DNA of 64,000 nt from an uncultured delta proteobacterium. Lineage in GTDB: Bacteria; Desulfobacterota; Desulfobacteria; Desulfobacterales; JAFDCJ01. A program made the translations under genes and the position numbers. Each line of letters opens with the position of its first letter. Position 1 is the first letter of the stretch. The notes under the pieces are model-generated. The model had not been told where the DNA came from. It did no database searches and worked only from the letters and a program-made list of their open reading frames with translations. The stretch is taken from the NCBI GenBank assembly GCA_963769935.1, contig CAVYNY010000017.1, forward strand, positions 64,001 to 128,000, given 5' to 3'. Shown piece after piece: positions 1-10,608 of this stretch.

Positions 1-1
1 T

Positions 2-373
2 GCCCGCCATGACCGGCATGCCGAAGCCACCCGTCGGGCCGTGCGTGCCTGGGGACTCGAGGTTTTGTGCGAAACCCCCGAGGAATACAGCAGCTCGCTG
101 ACCGCCGTCATGATGCCCGCTGGACATGACACCGCCGTCCTGCTGGATCTGGTTTTAAAGAAATTCGATTTGTCGCTCGGCATCGGACTGGGCAAGCTCA
201 GGGGTAAAATTTTCCGTATCGGCCATCTGGGCTATTTCAACGACCTGATGCTGGCCGGAACCCTGGCCGGGCTGGAGATGGGACTCTCTCTGGCCGGGAT
301 TCCCTTTTCCAAGGGAGGGGTGACGGCGGCGCTTGAATATCTGGAAGGCACCCACAGGCAAAATACCGGGTAA
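2..373 (+). CDS. Class V PLP aminotransferase (serine-glyoxylate/alanine-glyoxylate type), 3' part only; runs off the window edge
   Basis: Frame is open from base 2 (ARHDRHAEATRRAVRAWGLE...). C-terminal motifs LSLGIGLGKL and FRIGHLG are typical of this family. Confidence 0.85.
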   Translation, partial: ARHDRHAEATRRAVRAWGLEVLCETPEEYSSSLTAVMMPAGHDTAVLLDLVLKKFDLSLGIGLGKLRGKIFRIGHLGYFNDLMLAGTLAGLEMGLSLAGIPFSKGGVTAALEYLEGTHRQNTG

Positions 374-502
374 TCCGCGGCTGGAATGGTGCACATGCGA
401 TCTTTGGTTGTTGTCATCCTTTATTTCCGCCGCAGTCAAAATAAACCGATGAGACGCCGATCGGCCGTCTCAAATGCCTCAGGAAGAGAAAGGAGAAAAA
501 CC

Positions 503-1489
503 ATGAAGCGTTCAATTTTGTTGGTCACCGTCATGTCTTTAGCCCTCATTTTATCCGGTGCTTTCAGTGCCCAGGCGGTTGAGCTTAAATTCGGGCACGT
601 GGGAGCCCCGGGCTCCCTGTTTTCAATATGTGTGGATGAATTTGCCAAACGCGTCAACGCCCAGATGGGACCCGATGTAACCGTGGTCGCCTTTGGTTCG
701 AGCCAGCTCGGCAAGGACCAGGAGCTTTTGAAAAAGCTCAGACTCGGCACCGTCGATTTTGCATTGCCCTCGACAGTCATGTCCTCAGTGGTCGACGTCT
801 TCGGCCTTTTCGAAATGCCCTACCTGGTAAAAAACCGTTTACATATGCGGGCGATCCGGGATCGTCTCTTCTGGAGCAAACTGGAGCCGGCGGTCGAAAA
901 GCAGGGCTATAAAATCATCGCCGTCTGGGAAAACGGCTTTCGCAACATTACCAACAATGTCAGACCCATCAACGTTCCGGCCGACCTGGCGGGAATCAAG
1001 CTGCGCACCCCCAAAGGGGAATGGCGCTTGAAGATGTTCAAAAGCTACGGCGCCAATCCCACGCCCATGGCGCTGTCGGAGGTCTTTGTCGCTCTTCAAA
1101 CCGGCGTCATCGACGGGCAGGAAAACCCCCTGGCCCAGATCTACAGCCAGAAATTCCAGGAAGTCCAGAAATACCTGTCCATGACGGGCCACGTATATAC
1201 TCCGGCCTACGTGACGGTCGGCGCCCAGCGCTGGGCCAAACTGCCGGCTGATCAGCGCGCCAAACTCCAAGCCATCGCTCAGGGCATGCAGGAATTCGTC
1301 TACCTGAAGGCCGAACAGCTCGACAATGAGCTTCTGGAAAAAATGAAAGGCTCGGTTGAGATCAACACCGCCGATAAAGACGCCTTTATCCAATCCAGCA
1401 GCGACATCTATGCCGAATTCGGCAAAACCGTTCCGGGAGGTGCCGAACTCGTGCAACAAGCCGTGGAACTGGGAAACATCTACAAGTAA
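503..1489 (+). CDS. dctP: TRAP transporter substrate-binding protein
   Basis: Signal peptide after AGGAG RBS; ENGFRNIT, KLRTP and ALQTGVIDGQENP motifs; followed by DctQ/DctM. Confidence 0.93.
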   Translation: MKRSILLVTVMSLALILSGAFSAQAVELKFGHVGAPGSLFSICVDEFAKRVNAQMGPDVTVVAFGSSQLGKDQELLKKLRLGTVDFALPSTVMSSVVDVFGLFEMPYLVKNRLHMRAIRDRLFWSKLEPAVEKQGYKIIAVWENGFRNITNNVRPINVPADLAGIKLRTPKGEWRLKMFKSYGANPTPMALSEVFVALQTGVIDGQENPLAQIYSQKFQEVQKYLSMTGHVYTPAYVTVGAQRWAKLPADQRAKLQAIAQGMQEFVYLKAEQLDNELLEKMKGSVEINTADKDAFIQSSSDIYAEFGKTVPGGAELVQQAVELGNIYK

Positions 1490-1500
1490 AACAACGCTGG

Positions 1501-1532
1501 CCACATCCGGGGTTATGCCCGGATGTGGTTTA
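1501..1532 (+). terminator. Stem-loop after dctP (terminator or mRNA-stabilising hairpin)
   Basis: CCACATCCGGG-gttatg-CCCGGATGTGG perfect 11-bp stem followed by TTTA. Confidence 0.6.
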
Positions 1533-1536
1533 TTCA

Positions 1537-1733
1537 ATTGAAAACTGAAGATTGTAAATTGAATATTTATGGATGTCGCTGCGCTCCGTCTTTTATAAAA
1601 TAGATCCGCCTTTAATTGGGCCATATGGCATATGGTACAAGTGCTGATAGCGACATATGGTATTTTTAAAATGACACATGGCGCTATCGAAGGCGGACCT
1701 TAAATATTCAATTTTCAATCGAAAATATTCAAT
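1537..1733. repeat. Fold-back (MITE-like) element with 33-bp imperfect terminal inverted repeats built from ATTGAAn heptamers
   Basis: 1537-1569 ATTGAAAACTGAAGATTGTAAATTGAATATTTA versus reverse complement of 1701-1733 ATTGAATATTTTCGATTGAAAATTGAATATTTA. Confidence 0.6.
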
Positions 1734-1749
1734 CAATGGGGGGGTGTTT

Positions 1750-2304
1750 TTGTTGGCACAATTTCGCAAAGGCTTTGAACGTCTGATGGAAGCCATCGTC
1801 ATTTTGCTCATGGTGACCCTGACCGTCATTGTTCTGGTTGCCGTAATTTACCGCAAAGCCGGCGCCTCGCTGAGCTGGTATGACGAGATTGCATCCGTTT
1901 TACTCGCCTGGCTTACTTATTACGGTGCCGCCCTGGCCGCCATTCACCGGGAACATATCGGATTTGCCGGCCTCATCAAAGCTCTGAAGCCCGCTGTACG
2001 CATCCCATTAATTGTCATCAGCGAAGTCTGCATTCTCGGTTTTTTTGCGCTGCTGGCCTGGGTCGGATTCCAGGTCTTGGTCATCCTTAAAGGCGATTCC
2101 CTGATCAGTCTACCGGAAGTCCCCACCCGCTTGACCCAATCCGTTATTCCCATCGGAGCAATCCTTTTTATTATCGCCGAGGCACTCGGCATTCCGGAGC
2201 TGCTGAAAAAAGCGGCCAAACCCGACGGATTCGCCAATGTCGACGTACCGACTGAGATGGAAACCAACTCAGTGACGGCCGCTACGGAGGGACCTCGCCC
2301 ATGA
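1750..2304 (+). CDS. dctQ: TRAP transporter small permease (start uncertain, TTG 1750/1753)
   Basis: Four TM segments, SLSWYDEIA and EHIGF motifs; the longer ORF start (1678) lies inside the repeat. Confidence 0.88.
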   Translation: MLAQFRKGFERLMEAIVILLMVTLTVIVLVAVIYRKAGASLSWYDEIASVLLAWLTYYGAALAAIHREHIGFAGLIKALKPAVRIPLIVISEVCILGFFALLAWVGFQVLVILKGDSLISLPEVPTRLTQSVIPIGAILFIIAEALGIPELLKKAAKPDGFANVDVPTEMETNSVTAATEGPRP

Positions 2305-3584
2305 CGCTTTTTTTGATGCTTTTAGGCTTGTTTGCGCTGATTGCCATTAATGTCCCGATCGCCATCGCCCTGGCCGTCGTCGCGGTGGTGGCCATGATCG
2401 CCACCCAGGGCGTCGGCATCTTGCCCAACGTCGCCCTGGTCATGTTTGACGGCGCCACCAATTTCCCATTGCTGGCGATCCCCTTGTTCATTTTCGCCGG
2501 CGCCATCATGAACACCTCCGGAATTTCAAAGCGGCTGATCGCCTTTGCCTCGGCATTGATCGGATTTGTCAAAGGCGGCCTGGCCATGGTCACTATCGCC
2601 GCCTCGATGTTCTTCGCCGAGATGTCCGGCTCCGCGGTGGCCGATGTGGCCGCCCTGGGATCGATTCTCATTCCGGCCATGAAACGCAAGGGGTATCCAA
2701 GAGGCTTTGCGGCGGCCGTGACCTCCTCTTCGGCCACTCTGGCCGTCATCATCCCGCCGTCGATACCCATGATTCTCTATGCGGTCATGTCGGACAGCTC
2801 GGTGGTCCAGCTGTTTGTGGCCGGAATCATCCCCGGTATTCTGGGCGGCGTCATTATGATGGTTGTCTGTTACTGGTTTGCGGTTCGCTACAGCTACCCG
2901 GTGGAGGAGGTCTTCAAGTTCAAGCGGGTGTGGACTACCTTCAGGGCCGCCTCCTGGGCCTTTTTGCTGCCTGTGATCATTTTAGGAGGGATCTTCGGCG
3001 GCCTGGTGACGGCTACCGAGGGGGCCGGCCTGGCGGTGGCTGCGGCACTTTTTATCGGCGCCGTCATCTATCGTGAGCTCAACTGGCCGCATCTGCGGCA
3101 GGCCATCATCGAAGGCGGAATCTCCACGGCGGTCGTCATGCTGTTGGTGGCCGCCTCGGCTTTGGTGGGAAATTATCTCACGGAGCTTCAGGTGCCCCAG
3201 CAGCTGGCGGCGGCCATTACGCAGTGGACCCAAAACCGCTATCTGGTCCTGGCGCTGTTGAATGTTTTTTTTCTGGTAGTCGGGCTGTTTCTGCATTCCG
3301 CGGCTGCCATCATCCTGGTGGTACCGATCGTCATGCCGCTGGTCCACGCCATCGGCATCGATCCGGTACATTTCGGGCTTGTCGTCACCCTCAACCTGGG
3401 CATCGGCCAGCAAACCCCGCCGGTAGCCAGCGTGCTGATAACCGCCTGTTCGGTGGCCAAGGCGGATATCTGGGAAGTCAGCCGTATAAACGTCTTTTTT
3501 GTCGCCGTCATAGTGGCGGTGCTCCTGCTGGTCACCTATGTGCCGGCGATACCGATGTCGCTGGTGAGGCTGTTTTACGGATAA
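2301..3584 (+). CDS. dctM: TRAP transporter large permease
   Basis: LLAIPLFIFAG, SGSAVAD, IIPPSIPMILY and TPPV motifs; ATGA overlap with dctQ. Confidence 0.95.
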   Translation: MTLFLMLLGLFALIAINVPIAIALAVVAVVAMIATQGVGILPNVALVMFDGATNFPLLAIPLFIFAGAIMNTSGISKRLIAFASALIGFVKGGLAMVTIAASMFFAEMSGSAVADVAALGSILIPAMKRKGYPRGFAAAVTSSSATLAVIIPPSIPMILYAVMSDSSVVQLFVAGIIPGILGGVIMMVVCYWFAVRYSYPVEEVFKFKRVWTTFRAASWAFLLPVIILGGIFGGLVTATEGAGLAVAAALFIGAVIYRELNWPHLRQAIIEGGISTAVVMLLVAASALVGNYLTELQVPQQLAAAITQWTQNRYLVLALLNVFFLVVGLFLHSAAAIILVVPIVMPLVHAIGIDPVHFGLVVTLNLGIGQQTPPVASVLITACSVAKADIWEVSRINVFFVAVIVAVLLLVTYVPAIPMSLVRLFYG

Positions 3585-3647
3585 TTAATCCGCCCTGGAA
3601 AATAGCATATTCATGGTTGTGATATGTTTCTTGTAAAATGAGGAAGT

Positions 3648-4809
3648 ATGATGCGATTTGAATTTGCCACCGCCACGCGGATAATTTTTGGAATGGGAAG
3701 CATAAAGGAAGCCGGCCGCCATGCCGCCCCAATGGGCCGCCATGCGTTTGTTGTCACCGGCCGGAGCGTTGAGCGGGCCGCACCCCTGATAGACGGTCTA
3801 AAAGAAAATGCGGTAAGCTGTTCACAGTTCAGCATTGCCGCAGAGCCGACAACCGACCTGGCCCTGGCGGCGGTGCGGGAGGCGCGTCGGCAACATTGCG
3901 ATGTGGTCATCGGAATCGGCGGGGGCAGCGTGTTGGACACCGGCAAGGTGGTGGCTGCACTGTTGACCAACAGCGGCGATTTAATGGATTATCTCGAAGT
4001 CATTGGGTCCGGCCGACCGCTGCAGCATGCGTCGGCCCCCTATATCGCCATTCCCACTACGGCCGGCACCGGTGCCGAGGTGACGCGCAATGCGGTTCTG
4101 GATTCACCCGCGCATTGTGTCAAGGTCAGCATGCGAAGCCCTTTTATGCTGCCGCAGCTGGCGCTTGTGGATCCGGAGTTGACCTTCTCGGTGCCGCCCG
4201 CCATAACGGCCAGCACAGGCCTGGATGCGTTCACCCAGCTGCTGGAGGCTTTCGTTTGCCGTCAGCCCAATCCTCTCACAGACGCTGTCTGCCGCGAAGG
4301 GCTGCAGCGGGCGGCACGGTCATTGACAAAAGCTTATCTTGCCGGCCATAACGCCGATGCGCGCTGCGATATGAGTCTGGCAAGTCTCTTTGGCGGGCTG
4401 GCGCTGGCCAATGCAAAATTGGGTGCGGTGCATGGGTTTGCCGGGCCCTTGGGGGGCATGTACCCTGCGGCGCATGGTGCGCTGTGCGCCGGCCTGCTGC
4501 CGCATGTCATGGATATAAATGTGAGGGCGCTGCGCGCCAGAGCGCCGGAATCCCAGGCGTTGGATCGCTATGATGAGATCGCGCGGATTGGTGACCGCTG
4601 CGCCCGACCGCACGCGCGGCGGATGGGATCGCCTGGGTGCGGGATTTATGCCGGCAGCTTAAGGTGCCGCCGCTGGCCGACCATGGAATAAAGATCAGGA
4701 TTTTGCAACCATCGTTGACAAAGCCCGCCGGGCCAGCAGCATGAAAGGAAATCCGATTGAACTGACCGCCGATGAGTTATTGGAGATTCTTCAGCGTGCG
4801 ATTTGCTAA
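3648..4809 (+). CDS. Iron-containing alcohol dehydrogenase, frameshifted near 4590-4620 and about 4690
   Basis: GGGSVLD, IPTTAGTGAEVT and GAVHG..AHG motifs. The C-terminus (DGIAWVRDLCRQLKVPPL...ASSMKGNPIELTADELLEILQRAIC*) continues in other frames to TAA 4807-4809. Confidence 0.85.
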
Positions 4810-4835
4810 TGAGTTCATTATTGTTTAGACACGAG

Positions 4836-4942
4836 TTCACCGCCCGCTGCGCTCGAGATCGCAGAGCACGCAGAGGCAAAATCCGCAAAGGCATAATAAA
4901 GATCGTTTTATTCTTTGCGTTCTCAGCGAGCTCTGCGGTGAA
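4836..4942. repeat. Palindromic intergenic repeat (CGCAGAG-type), related to 62682-62786
   Basis: TTCACCGC...GCGGTGAA ends; inner CGCAGAGCACGCAGAG / CTTTGCGTTCTCAGCG arms; sits between convergent genes. Confidence 0.65.
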
Positions 4943-5028
4943 TACGTTTTTTGAATCGCACACCCAAGTTTAAATAATTATTGCCGTACCAGTAGTTGGA
5001 TTTTGATAAAAGGACCAGAATTCGCTTA

Positions 5029-7475
5029 TTAAGAGCTGAGGATTTCGTTGATTTTTTGGGAGAGTCGTTTCAAGTTGAAGGGTTTTTGAATAAATCCATT
5101 GCATCCGCGTTTTAACAGTTCACCGGCCTGGCCATCGATACTGTATCCGCTGGAAAGCAGGACCTTCACCTGCGGATTGATTTTCTTCAGTCGGTCATAT
5201 ACCTCCCCCCTCCCATTTGGGGCATCACCATATCTAGAATTACCAAATCGATTTCGTCCTTATTTTTTTTGAAGCGTTCAACCGCCTCGCGGCCGGTTTG
5301 GGCTGCCAGCACCTTGTATCCAAGCCTTTCAACCTGCATGACTCCGACATTGAGCACCATCTCTTCATCGTCTACAATCAGAAGGGTCCCGCTTCCCAGA
5401 ATAACCTCACTCGTCATTTCGACAGACGGCTGAACCCTTTTGTCGGAAGCCGGCAGATAAATGTGGAAGGTGGTTCCGTGGCCTTTCTCGGAATCGACTT
5501 CAATGTTGCCGTTGTGCCCTTTGACAATGCCGTAAACAGATGCCAGCCCCAGTCCGGTGCCGCCGCCCAACCCTTTGGTGGTAAAAAAAGGATCGAAAAT
5601 GCGGGACTGGATGGCTTTGTCAATACCCTCCCCGGAGTCTGTTATCGCCAGATGCACATAGGCGCCCCTTGGCGGCGTGTACAGTTTGCTCTTTAATTCG
5701 CCATGGGTGGAATTGGCGGTTTTGATAACCAGCGCGCCCCCTGCCGGCATGGCCTCGACCGCATTTACATAAAGATTCAGCAGCATCTGTTCAATTTGTC
5801 CCTGGTCCACCTCGATCGGAAACAGGTCCGGTGCAAGTTCGTGGGTGATGAAAATTTCCTTTTTTGTTCTGCCAAACGTTTCGGAGGTTTCCCGCACAAG
5901 CTGGTTCAGATCGATCGGCCGGACTTCATATTTTCCTTTTTTGGCATAGCCCAGCAATTGCGAGGTAAGTTTGGCGCCGCTTTGGATTTGTTTTTCAATG
6001 TTTCTTAAATTTGCGTAAACCGGATGGCTGGGATCGAGATCATACATTGCCAAAGAAACGTTGCCCTGAATGGTCGCCATCAGATTGTTAAAATCATGGG
6101 CGATGCCGCCGGCCAGGGTGCCGATAGCCTCCATTTTTTGCGATTGGATCAGCTGATTTTCGAGTCTTTTTTCATTGGTAATGTTTCGGATGAAACTGAG
6201 AGACGCCGGCCTGCCGGTCCATGTGATCGACACGGAATTGATTTGCAGCCATAATTGGTCCCCTGTTTTGGCAAGCGCTCTGAAGGTATAGTTGCTGATA
6301 ACGCTTTCACCCTTTAACCGGAGTTCATGCCTTTCCAACACCATTTTTCTGTCATCCGGGTGGACTATATCGGCAAAGGAGGCACCGATTAATTCGTTTT
6401 CAGAATAGCCGGTTATTGCCAGCGCGCGCGGATTGGCGAACATCAGTGAGCCGTCCTGGGCCACAACGATGGCGTCGTTGGCATTTTCAACCAGCAGGCG
6501 GTACTTTTCTTCGGATTCCAGCAGGGCCATTTCGGCCAGTTTCTGATCATTGATATCCTTGATAAATGAAATTCGAAGTCCGGAGGTCAAAATAGACGAA
6601 GTAAACTGGCAGATCCTCTGCCGGCCGTCTTTTCTGGTAATAGTTGCCTCCCGGATGCGCGGCTGCTCTGCCGTATCGATTTTCCTTGCTTCTTCACTAA
6701 TCATTCGGCGATAATTTTCATCCGGATACATCTTTTCCAGCCAGGTAAATCCATCCGGTATTTCTTCCTTTATATACCCTGATATTCTTTCAAGCTGGGA
6801 ATTAAATATCAAAATGTTCTGCTCGGGATCGAGCACCATCACGCCGTGGGGCGCGGACTCGATCGAAAAACGGTACAGCGTTTCACTTTCCCGCAGTGCT
6901 TCTTCGATTCTGCGGCGTTCGGCGATTTCTCCTTCCAACAGGCGGTTGGCTTTGATCAGGTCGGCGGTTCGCTCGGCAATCCGCTGCTCGAGAAGATTAT
7001 GGGCGCGATGAAGCTTATCTTGCGCACGATTGCGGACGGTGACATCTTCAAGAACATTGTAAAACCGGTCTTCAAGCTTGATCACATGTACGATGATGTC
7101 GTGGATTCCGCCTGATTTGTCGATGAAACGCCGGATAAACCGGGTCGATCTGTCATCTGACGCGATCCACCGATCCACCTCAAATGATTTTTCAGCCCGG
7201 TAATCCGAATTCGGCATCAGTTTTTCCCGCCAGGCTTTTTGATCCGGAATGTCGTCCGCCGTATAACCAAATACTTTCGTGAACTGGGGATTCATGTACA
7301 TGGTTTCTAAATCGGCGGTACCGACCACAATAGGAAAAGGCAATTTTTCAACCATGTCCCTGAAGAGCGCTTCATTTCTTCGCAATGCTTCCCTGGTATG
7401 TTCCAGGTCGAATGCCTTTTTTCCCAATACATTAACTCTATGTGTTAATTCTTCATAGGTTGGTTCCTTTGACAT
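5029..7475 (-). CDS. Multi-PAS hybrid sensor histidine kinase with C-terminal receiver; frameshift in a G run near 5205-5213
   Basis: Three PAS-like repeats, H-box GIAHDFNN, FTTK..GTGLGL, receiver LIVDDE..ILDMVMP. The rest of the receiver (VYDRLKKINPQVKVLLSSGYS...FIQKPF) is in another frame, ending at 5029. Confidence 0.88.
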
Positions 7476-7668
7476 TGCAAAGCCTCCCCTGGCGAATTGC
7501 AGCCCGCAAATCGAACTCGCTTTGGTTGATTAGCTCGCAAATACTCGGCCTATCTCTAATTAACTCATCTATATGTTTAATACCGGAGTTTGTCAATAAG
7601 AGCAGCAGTCGCAACAGAGCACCATCTTTTGCGGTCGTGCTTCATCAACTATCGAGCGAAAAAAAACC

Positions 7669-7733
7669 TTGACACAAGCTTGCGAGGTGATTTAAATACA
7701 CATTTAAAATGTTCATTTAAAATGTTCATTTTA
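7669..7733 (+). promoter_or_regulatory. Sigma70 promoter with tandem near-palindromic operator repeats upstream of the TetR gene
   Basis: TTGACA(7669)-17 bp-TTAAAT(7692). CATTTAAAATGTT occurs twice (7701-7713, 7714-7726) plus a partial third copy. Confidence 0.55.
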
Positions 7734-7750
7734 TTAAACTTGGAGGGGGA

Positions 7751-8425
7751 ATGAACCCGGCTAAAAAACAACGCACTGACACCCCGGCGCAGCTTCTGGA
7801 CGCGGCCTGCGAGGTGTTTGCAGAAAAAGGCTATCGAAGGGCAACGATCGCGGAGATATGCAAACGCGGACGCGCGAACATTGCAGCCGTCAACTACTAT
7901 TTCCGCAACAAGGAGACCTTGTATGCCGAAGCCTGGCGGCTGGCATTTCAGCGGTCGCTGGAGGCCCATCCGCCCAACGGCGGAATTTCCGCCGCGGCAC
8001 CGAGCGAAGAGAGACTGCGCGGGCACATCCTATCGCTGATGCGGCGGATCATCGATCCCCGGAGCCATGAATTTGAGATTGTCCGCAAGGAAATGGCCCA
8101 CCCGACGGGCCTGCTGGCAGAGGTCATGCGGGCTTCCATCGAGCCGGTCGGAAAAGCCCTGTCCGGCATTGTCGAGCAACTGTTGGGTCCCAAAGCTTCG
8201 GACCGACAGGTCAGGCTGTGCCAGATGAGCATCATGGCGCAGTGCCTGCACCCCATGATGCGGGAACGCTTTCGCAAACTGCTGCCGGCTCACGCCGGTG
8301 AACCATCACCATTGAACGCCGGCATCGAGGCCATCGCCGAACATGTAACGCGATTCAGCCTGGCCGGAATTCAGGAGATACGGCGTCGGATCGAGTGTGG
8401 CGAGCTCGACGAACCCAAACATTGA
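7751..8425 (+). CDS. TetR-family regulator (CecR/YbiH-like)
   Basis: N-terminal TetR HTH (LLDAACEVFAEKGY..ATIAEIC...AAVNYYFRNKETLY); heads an efflux operon. Confidence 0.9.
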   Translation: MNPAKKQRTDTPAQLLDAACEVFAEKGYRRATIAEICKRGRANIAAVNYYFRNKETLYAEAWRLAFQRSLEAHPPNGGISAAAPSEERLRGHILSLMRRIIDPRSHEFEIVRKEMAHPTGLLAEVMRASIEPVGKALSGIVEQLLGPKASDRQVRLCQMSIMAQCLHPMMRERFRKLLPAHAGEPSPLNAGIEAIAEHVTRFSLAGIQEIRRRIECGELDEPKH

Positions 8426-8437
8426 GAGCTTGTATCC

Positions 8438-9793
8438 ATGAAAACTTTGATCAAAAAGTGCCTTATCGGCATGTTGGTGTTGGGGGGTGCGGGAGCGGGA
8501 GCCGCATGGTATTTTCAAAGCGCCCAGGGCCAACCGGTTGCCTATCGCACCGCTGAGGTCAAACGCGATGACCTTGTGGTTTCCATCGCAGCCACCGGCA
8601 CGGTGGAACCCGAGGAGGTGATCGACGTCGGGGCCCAGGTTGCGGGGCAGATCCTGTCCTTCGGAAAGGACCGGAACGGCAAATCCATCGACTATGGATC
8701 CGCTGTGGAGGAAGGGATGGTGCTGGCCCGGATCGATGACTCGCTGTATGCAGCCGATGCGGCCCAGGCCGCCGCCCAACTGCACTTAGCCAAGGCAGGC
8801 GTCGTCAGAGCCGAGGCCGACCTGGAGCAGGTGAAAGCCAAGCTCTACCAGACTCAGCGCGACTGGGAGCGGGCCCAGAAACTCGGGCCGTCCGAGGCCC
8901 TGGCCGCCAGCAGTTATGATGCTTACAAATCGGCCTATGAAACTGCCAAGGCCAATGTCGCGGTGGCCATGGCCGCCATCGGGCAGGCGCAAGCTACCAT
9001 GGATCAGGCTGAGGCAGTCCTGCAGCGCGCGCAGCGCAACCTCGGGTACTGCACGATCCGGTCGCCGGTCAACGGCATCATCATCGACCGGCGCGTCAAC
9101 ATCGGTCAGACCGTCGTAGCCAGCCTCAATGCGCCGAGCCTCTTTCTGATCGCCAAAGACCTCAAACGCATGCAGGTCTGGGCTTCCGTCAACGAGGCCG
9201 ATATCGGCAGTATCCGCCCCGGCCAACCCGTAACCTTTACCGTCGATGCCTATCCCGACCAGGTCTTCCGTGGAGAGGTCGGAAAGATCCGCCTGAACGC
9301 TACCATGACGCAGAACGTGGTTACCTATACCGTGGAAATCATTACCGACAACTCCAGCGGGAAGCTGCTGCCTTATCTGACGGCAAACGTCAGCTTCGAG
9401 GTTCACCGTCGCAGCAACGTACTGCTGGTGCCCAAAGCCGCCTTAGCCTGGTCACCGACGCCCGAACAGGTTGTGCCGGAGTATCGGACGGCGGCCGCCG
9501 GGTCGAACGGCAATGGAAACCATCCGCAGGATCAACCTACTTCCATGAAACCGGCACGCGGCGGCGCCGAAAGGGAGCAGGCGGGTATTGTCTGGGTCCC
9601 ACAGCAGAATCTGGTGCGGCCTGTCCGGGTTAAAATCGGCCTGAGCGACGGCGCGCTGACCGAAATATCCGGCGAAGCATTACAGGAAGGTCAACCGGTC
9701 ATTATTGGAGAAAAGCAGGCGGCAACCGCCGATACCGCCTCCGCAAATCCTTTCACGCCGCAATTGCGCCGGAGAAACACAGCGAACCGGTAA
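8438..9793 (+). CDS. Efflux periplasmic adaptor (MacA-like MFP)
   Basis: N-terminal TM, VGAQVAGQI, coiled coil, IRSPVNGIII and VNEADIG motifs. Confidence 0.9.
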   Translation: MKTLIKKCLIGMLVLGGAGAGAAWYFQSAQGQPVAYRTAEVKRDDLVVSIAATGTVEPEEVIDVGAQVAGQILSFGKDRNGKSIDYGSAVEEGMVLARIDDSLYAADAAQAAAQLHLAKAGVVRAEADLEQVKAKLYQTQRDWERAQKLGPSEALAASSYDAYKSAYETAKANVAVAMAAIGQAQATMDQAEAVLQRAQRNLGYCTIRSPVNGIIIDRRVNIGQTVVASLNAPSLFLIAKDLKRMQVWASVNEADIGSIRPGQPVTFTVDAYPDQVFRGEVGKIRLNATMTQNVVTYTVEIITDNSSGKLLPYLTANVSFEVHRRSNVLLVPKAALAWSPTPEQVVPEYRTAAAGSNGNGNHPQDQPTSMKPARGGAEREQAGIVWVPQQNLVRPVRVKIGLSDGALTEISGEALQEGQPVIIGEKQAATADTASANPFTPQLRRRNTANR

Positions 9794-9837
9794 TTGGAAT
9801 CTGACCCGCTTTTACGCAATTCCGGAGGAAGGGGATC

Positions 9838-10608
9838 ATGGCGCTTATCGAATTGCGAAATATTTGCAAGACATACCACATCGGGGATTTGGACATTCCG
9901 GTATTGCGGGATGTCTCGTTGACCGTCGACCGCGGCGAGCTGGTTGCCCTGATGGGTGCGTCGGGCTCGGGCAAAAGTACGCTGATGAATATTCTGGGAT
10001 GCCTCGATCGACCTACTTCAGGTGAATACTGGCTGGACGGGCAGGAAGTGTCCCGGCTCTCCGCCGACCAGCGCGCGCTGCTGCGCAGCCGCACGGCCGG
10101 TTTCGTGTTCCAGAGCTTCAACCTCTTACCTCGCACCAGTGCCATCGAGAACGTAATGATGCCCCTGTCGTATGCAACCGGGAACCAGCCCGAGCGGGAG
10201 TCCCGGCGCAGATCGGCAGAACTGCTCGAACGCGTGGGACTGGGAGAACGACTCGATCACCTGCCTTCCCAGCTTTCCGGCGGACAGCAGCAGAGAGTTG
10301 CCATTGCACGGGCTTTGGTCAACCGGCCGGCACTGCTGTTTGCCGACGAGCCGACCGGCAATCTGGATTCGCATACCAGCGAGGATGTCCTGGAGATGTT
10401 CGAGCAGCTCAACCAAGAGGACGGCATTACGATTGTCCTGGTAACCCATGATGCCGAAGTTGCGCGGCACGCCCGGCGCATCATCCGCATCCGCGACGGT
10501 GTGATCGAGGATGACGCCTCGGTCGCCGGCCGCCGGCAACCGCCCGAGCGCCGGCAGTCTTCAAATGCCTTGGGTGTAAAACAGACGGAAATGGGAGGTG
10601 CCGGGTGA
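9838..10608 (+). CDS. ABC transporter ATP-binding protein (MacB/LolD-like)
   Basis: [21 protein letters not shown] and ADEPTGNLD motifs. Confidence 0.95.
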   Translation: MALIELRNICKTYHIGDLDIPVLRDVSLTVDRGELVALMGASGSGKSTLMNILGCLDRPTSGEYWLDGQEVSRLSADQRALLRSRTAGFVFQSFNLLPRTSAIENVMMPLSYATGNQPERESRRRSAELLERVGLGERLDHLPSQLSGGQQQRVAIARALVNRPALLFADEPTGNLDSHTSEDVLEMFEQLNQEDGITIVLVTHDAEVARHARRIIRIRDGVIEDDASVAGRRQPPERRQSSNALGVKQTEMGGAG

